NCBI RefSeq assembly: GCF_001194135.2
Contig: NC_068983.1
Span: 36,821,091 to 36,885,090 of the forward strand
Direction of reading: 5' to 3'
Source of the DNA: Octopus bimaculoides
Lineage: Eukaryota
Length of the DNA stretch: 64,000 nt
Part shown: positions 62,448-64,000 of the stretch, piece by piece
Layout of the letters: each line of letters starts with the position of its first letter
How positions within the stretch are numbered: position 1 is the first letter of the stretch
The notes under the pieces: generated by a model
The model's input: only the letters and a program-made list of their open reading frames with translations
The model's database searches: none
What the model was told of the DNA's origin: nothing
Program-made: the position numbers and the translations under genes

Positions 62448-62759
62448 TTTCTTCTTCTTCTTCTTCTAGATTCTTCTTCTTCTTCTAGATTCTTCTTCTT
62501 CTTCTAGATTCTTCTTCTTCTTCTTCTTCTTCTTCTTCTTCTTCTAGCTTCTTCTTCTTCTTCTAGCCTCTTCTTCTTCTTCTTCTTCTTCTTCTTCTTC
62601 TTCTTCTTTTTCTTCTTCTTCTTCTTTTTCTTCTTCTTCTTCTTCTTCTTAGAAAGATGAGGAAAAGAGAGATGGAGAAGAGAGTGATGAGGAAGAAAGA
62701 GATCAGAAGAAGAAGAAGAAGAAGAAGAAGAAGAAGAAGAAGAAGAAGAAGAAGAAGAA
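62448..62759. repeat. (TTC)n tract followed by a (GAA)n tract
   Basis: About 200 bp of TTC with periodic TAGA/TAGC interruptions (62448-62650), a purine-rich spacer, then about 18 GAA units (62706-62759). Confidence 0.92.
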
Positions 62760-63189
62760 TTGACCCCAGTACTGGATTGGTACTTTATTAGTGATGCTTT
62801 ATTATTGGTATTCATTAAAGGATGAACATGCAAGGTTAACCTCAGCAAAATTTGAACTCAGAGTGCAGCGTGCCACAACGAATACCACATATCGGTCTTA
62901 TTTCCGATATTCTAATGACTACCAAATGATCTCCCTACCGTGCTATTCCATCATTATCGGCTGCTGGCTGGTGACTAGTTGTGATGAATCCTTGAGTTAA
63001 CTAACCGGAGAACTGCCCGCTGTGTTGACCAGTAACTACGATCATCATTGGTCAAAACTGGACACAACAGTTAAGACGTCATCAAATGCAAACGGATTTG
63101 ATGTTCTCGCGATAGATTTGAACCAAGCAGTCATATGACAGCTTACGAATACAAACAGTGACAAATATGGGCATACAAAAATATAGGCA

Positions 63190-63240
<51 letters not shown>

Positions 63241-63369
63241 TGCACACACGTACACACACACGTACACACACACACATACGTATACACATAAAGATTTTTG
63301 CCATACTCATCACGGAAAACGGTATAATGTGTGGGTATATCTATGGTGTTTGTGTGTGTGAGTGAGTGA

Positions 63370-63547
63370 GTGAACTGTGGGTGTGTAGCGCGTGATTCCG
63401 GGTTCGACTCCATTTCATAGGACATTGGTCAAGTGTCATCAAGTACAGAATCAGCTGAAATAGATTTAGTAAACGGAAACTACAGAAGTCTGTTGTGTAT
63501 CCGTGTATTTGTGTGTATGTATGTATGTATGTATGTATGTATGTATG

Positions 63548-63588
<41 letters not shown>

Positions 63589-63967
63589 GCATACACACAC
63601 GAACGCACAGTGGCTCACATACACATATCCATATAACAGGATAAGTCTCAAGAGTACTTAATACTTCAAGTGCAGCATTATTGTTGCTGTTTAGTTGTCA
63701 ACGACTCTTGCTGTCATAACTCAGGGTTTTACCAGTGATACAGAACACTTTCTGTGGGCCCGTGAACCTCCGACTAATGGGAATTGAAGACACTGACCGC
63801 TAAACTATACTTTCCTACTCTAGGTACAAGGCCCGAAATTTTGGTGGGAGGTGGGGCAGTCGATTAGATCGACGCAAATGGTACTTAATTTATCGACCTC
63901 GAAAGGATGAAAGGTAAAGTCGACCTCGGCAGAATTTGAACTCAGAACGTAAAGACAGACGAAATAC
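63370..63967. mobile_element. Family B SINE remnant (+, 63370-63500) and family A SINE (-, 63815-63967) with microsatellites
   Basis: gattccgggttcgactcc head and ggtcaagtgtc CORE-like block; reverse-complement family A body and B box near the window end. Confidence 0.75.
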
Positions 63968-64000
63968 ATATATGTGTGTGTGTGTGTGTGTGTATATATA

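Noticed and set aside
62504-62848. Poly-Ser/Lys/Glu/Arg ORF
   Set aside because: Direct translation of the TTC/GAA microsatellites.

Overview
Repeat-dense, AT-rich eukaryotic DNA from a gapped draft scaffold. N-runs lie at 262-434, 4801-5016, 25511-25590, 28636-28737, 42104-42555, 46931-47430 and 52064-52328, plus several 10-N gaps; most of the large ones abut (TA)n/(TG)n tracts. The SINE repertoire, microsatellite load and TTAGGG repeats point to an octopus (cephalopod) genome; this is an inference from remembered repeat families, not a database result. I found no supportable protein-coding gene, tRNA or rRNA gene, so the window looks intronic or intergenic, and the ORF track is almost entirely low-complexity or repeat-derived. 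Supported content: about 30 copies of one tRNA-derived SINE family (A, including a recurrent dimer), CORE-like (B) and other (C) SINEs with swapped tails, an unclassified dispersed repeat (D), hAT/Tc1-mariner/piggyBac-like MITEs, two decayed mariner-class transposases (one scored as DD37D), a Helitron cluster with a PIF1-type helicase relic, and RTE/CR1 LINE fragments. The most notable signals are a minimal hammerhead ribozyme motif inside a Penelope-like palindrome (44345-44394) with two further decayed hammerhead-like motifs, ~100-bp direct repeats flanking insertions, a foldback element carrying telomeric repeats, and two promoter-like unique islands.
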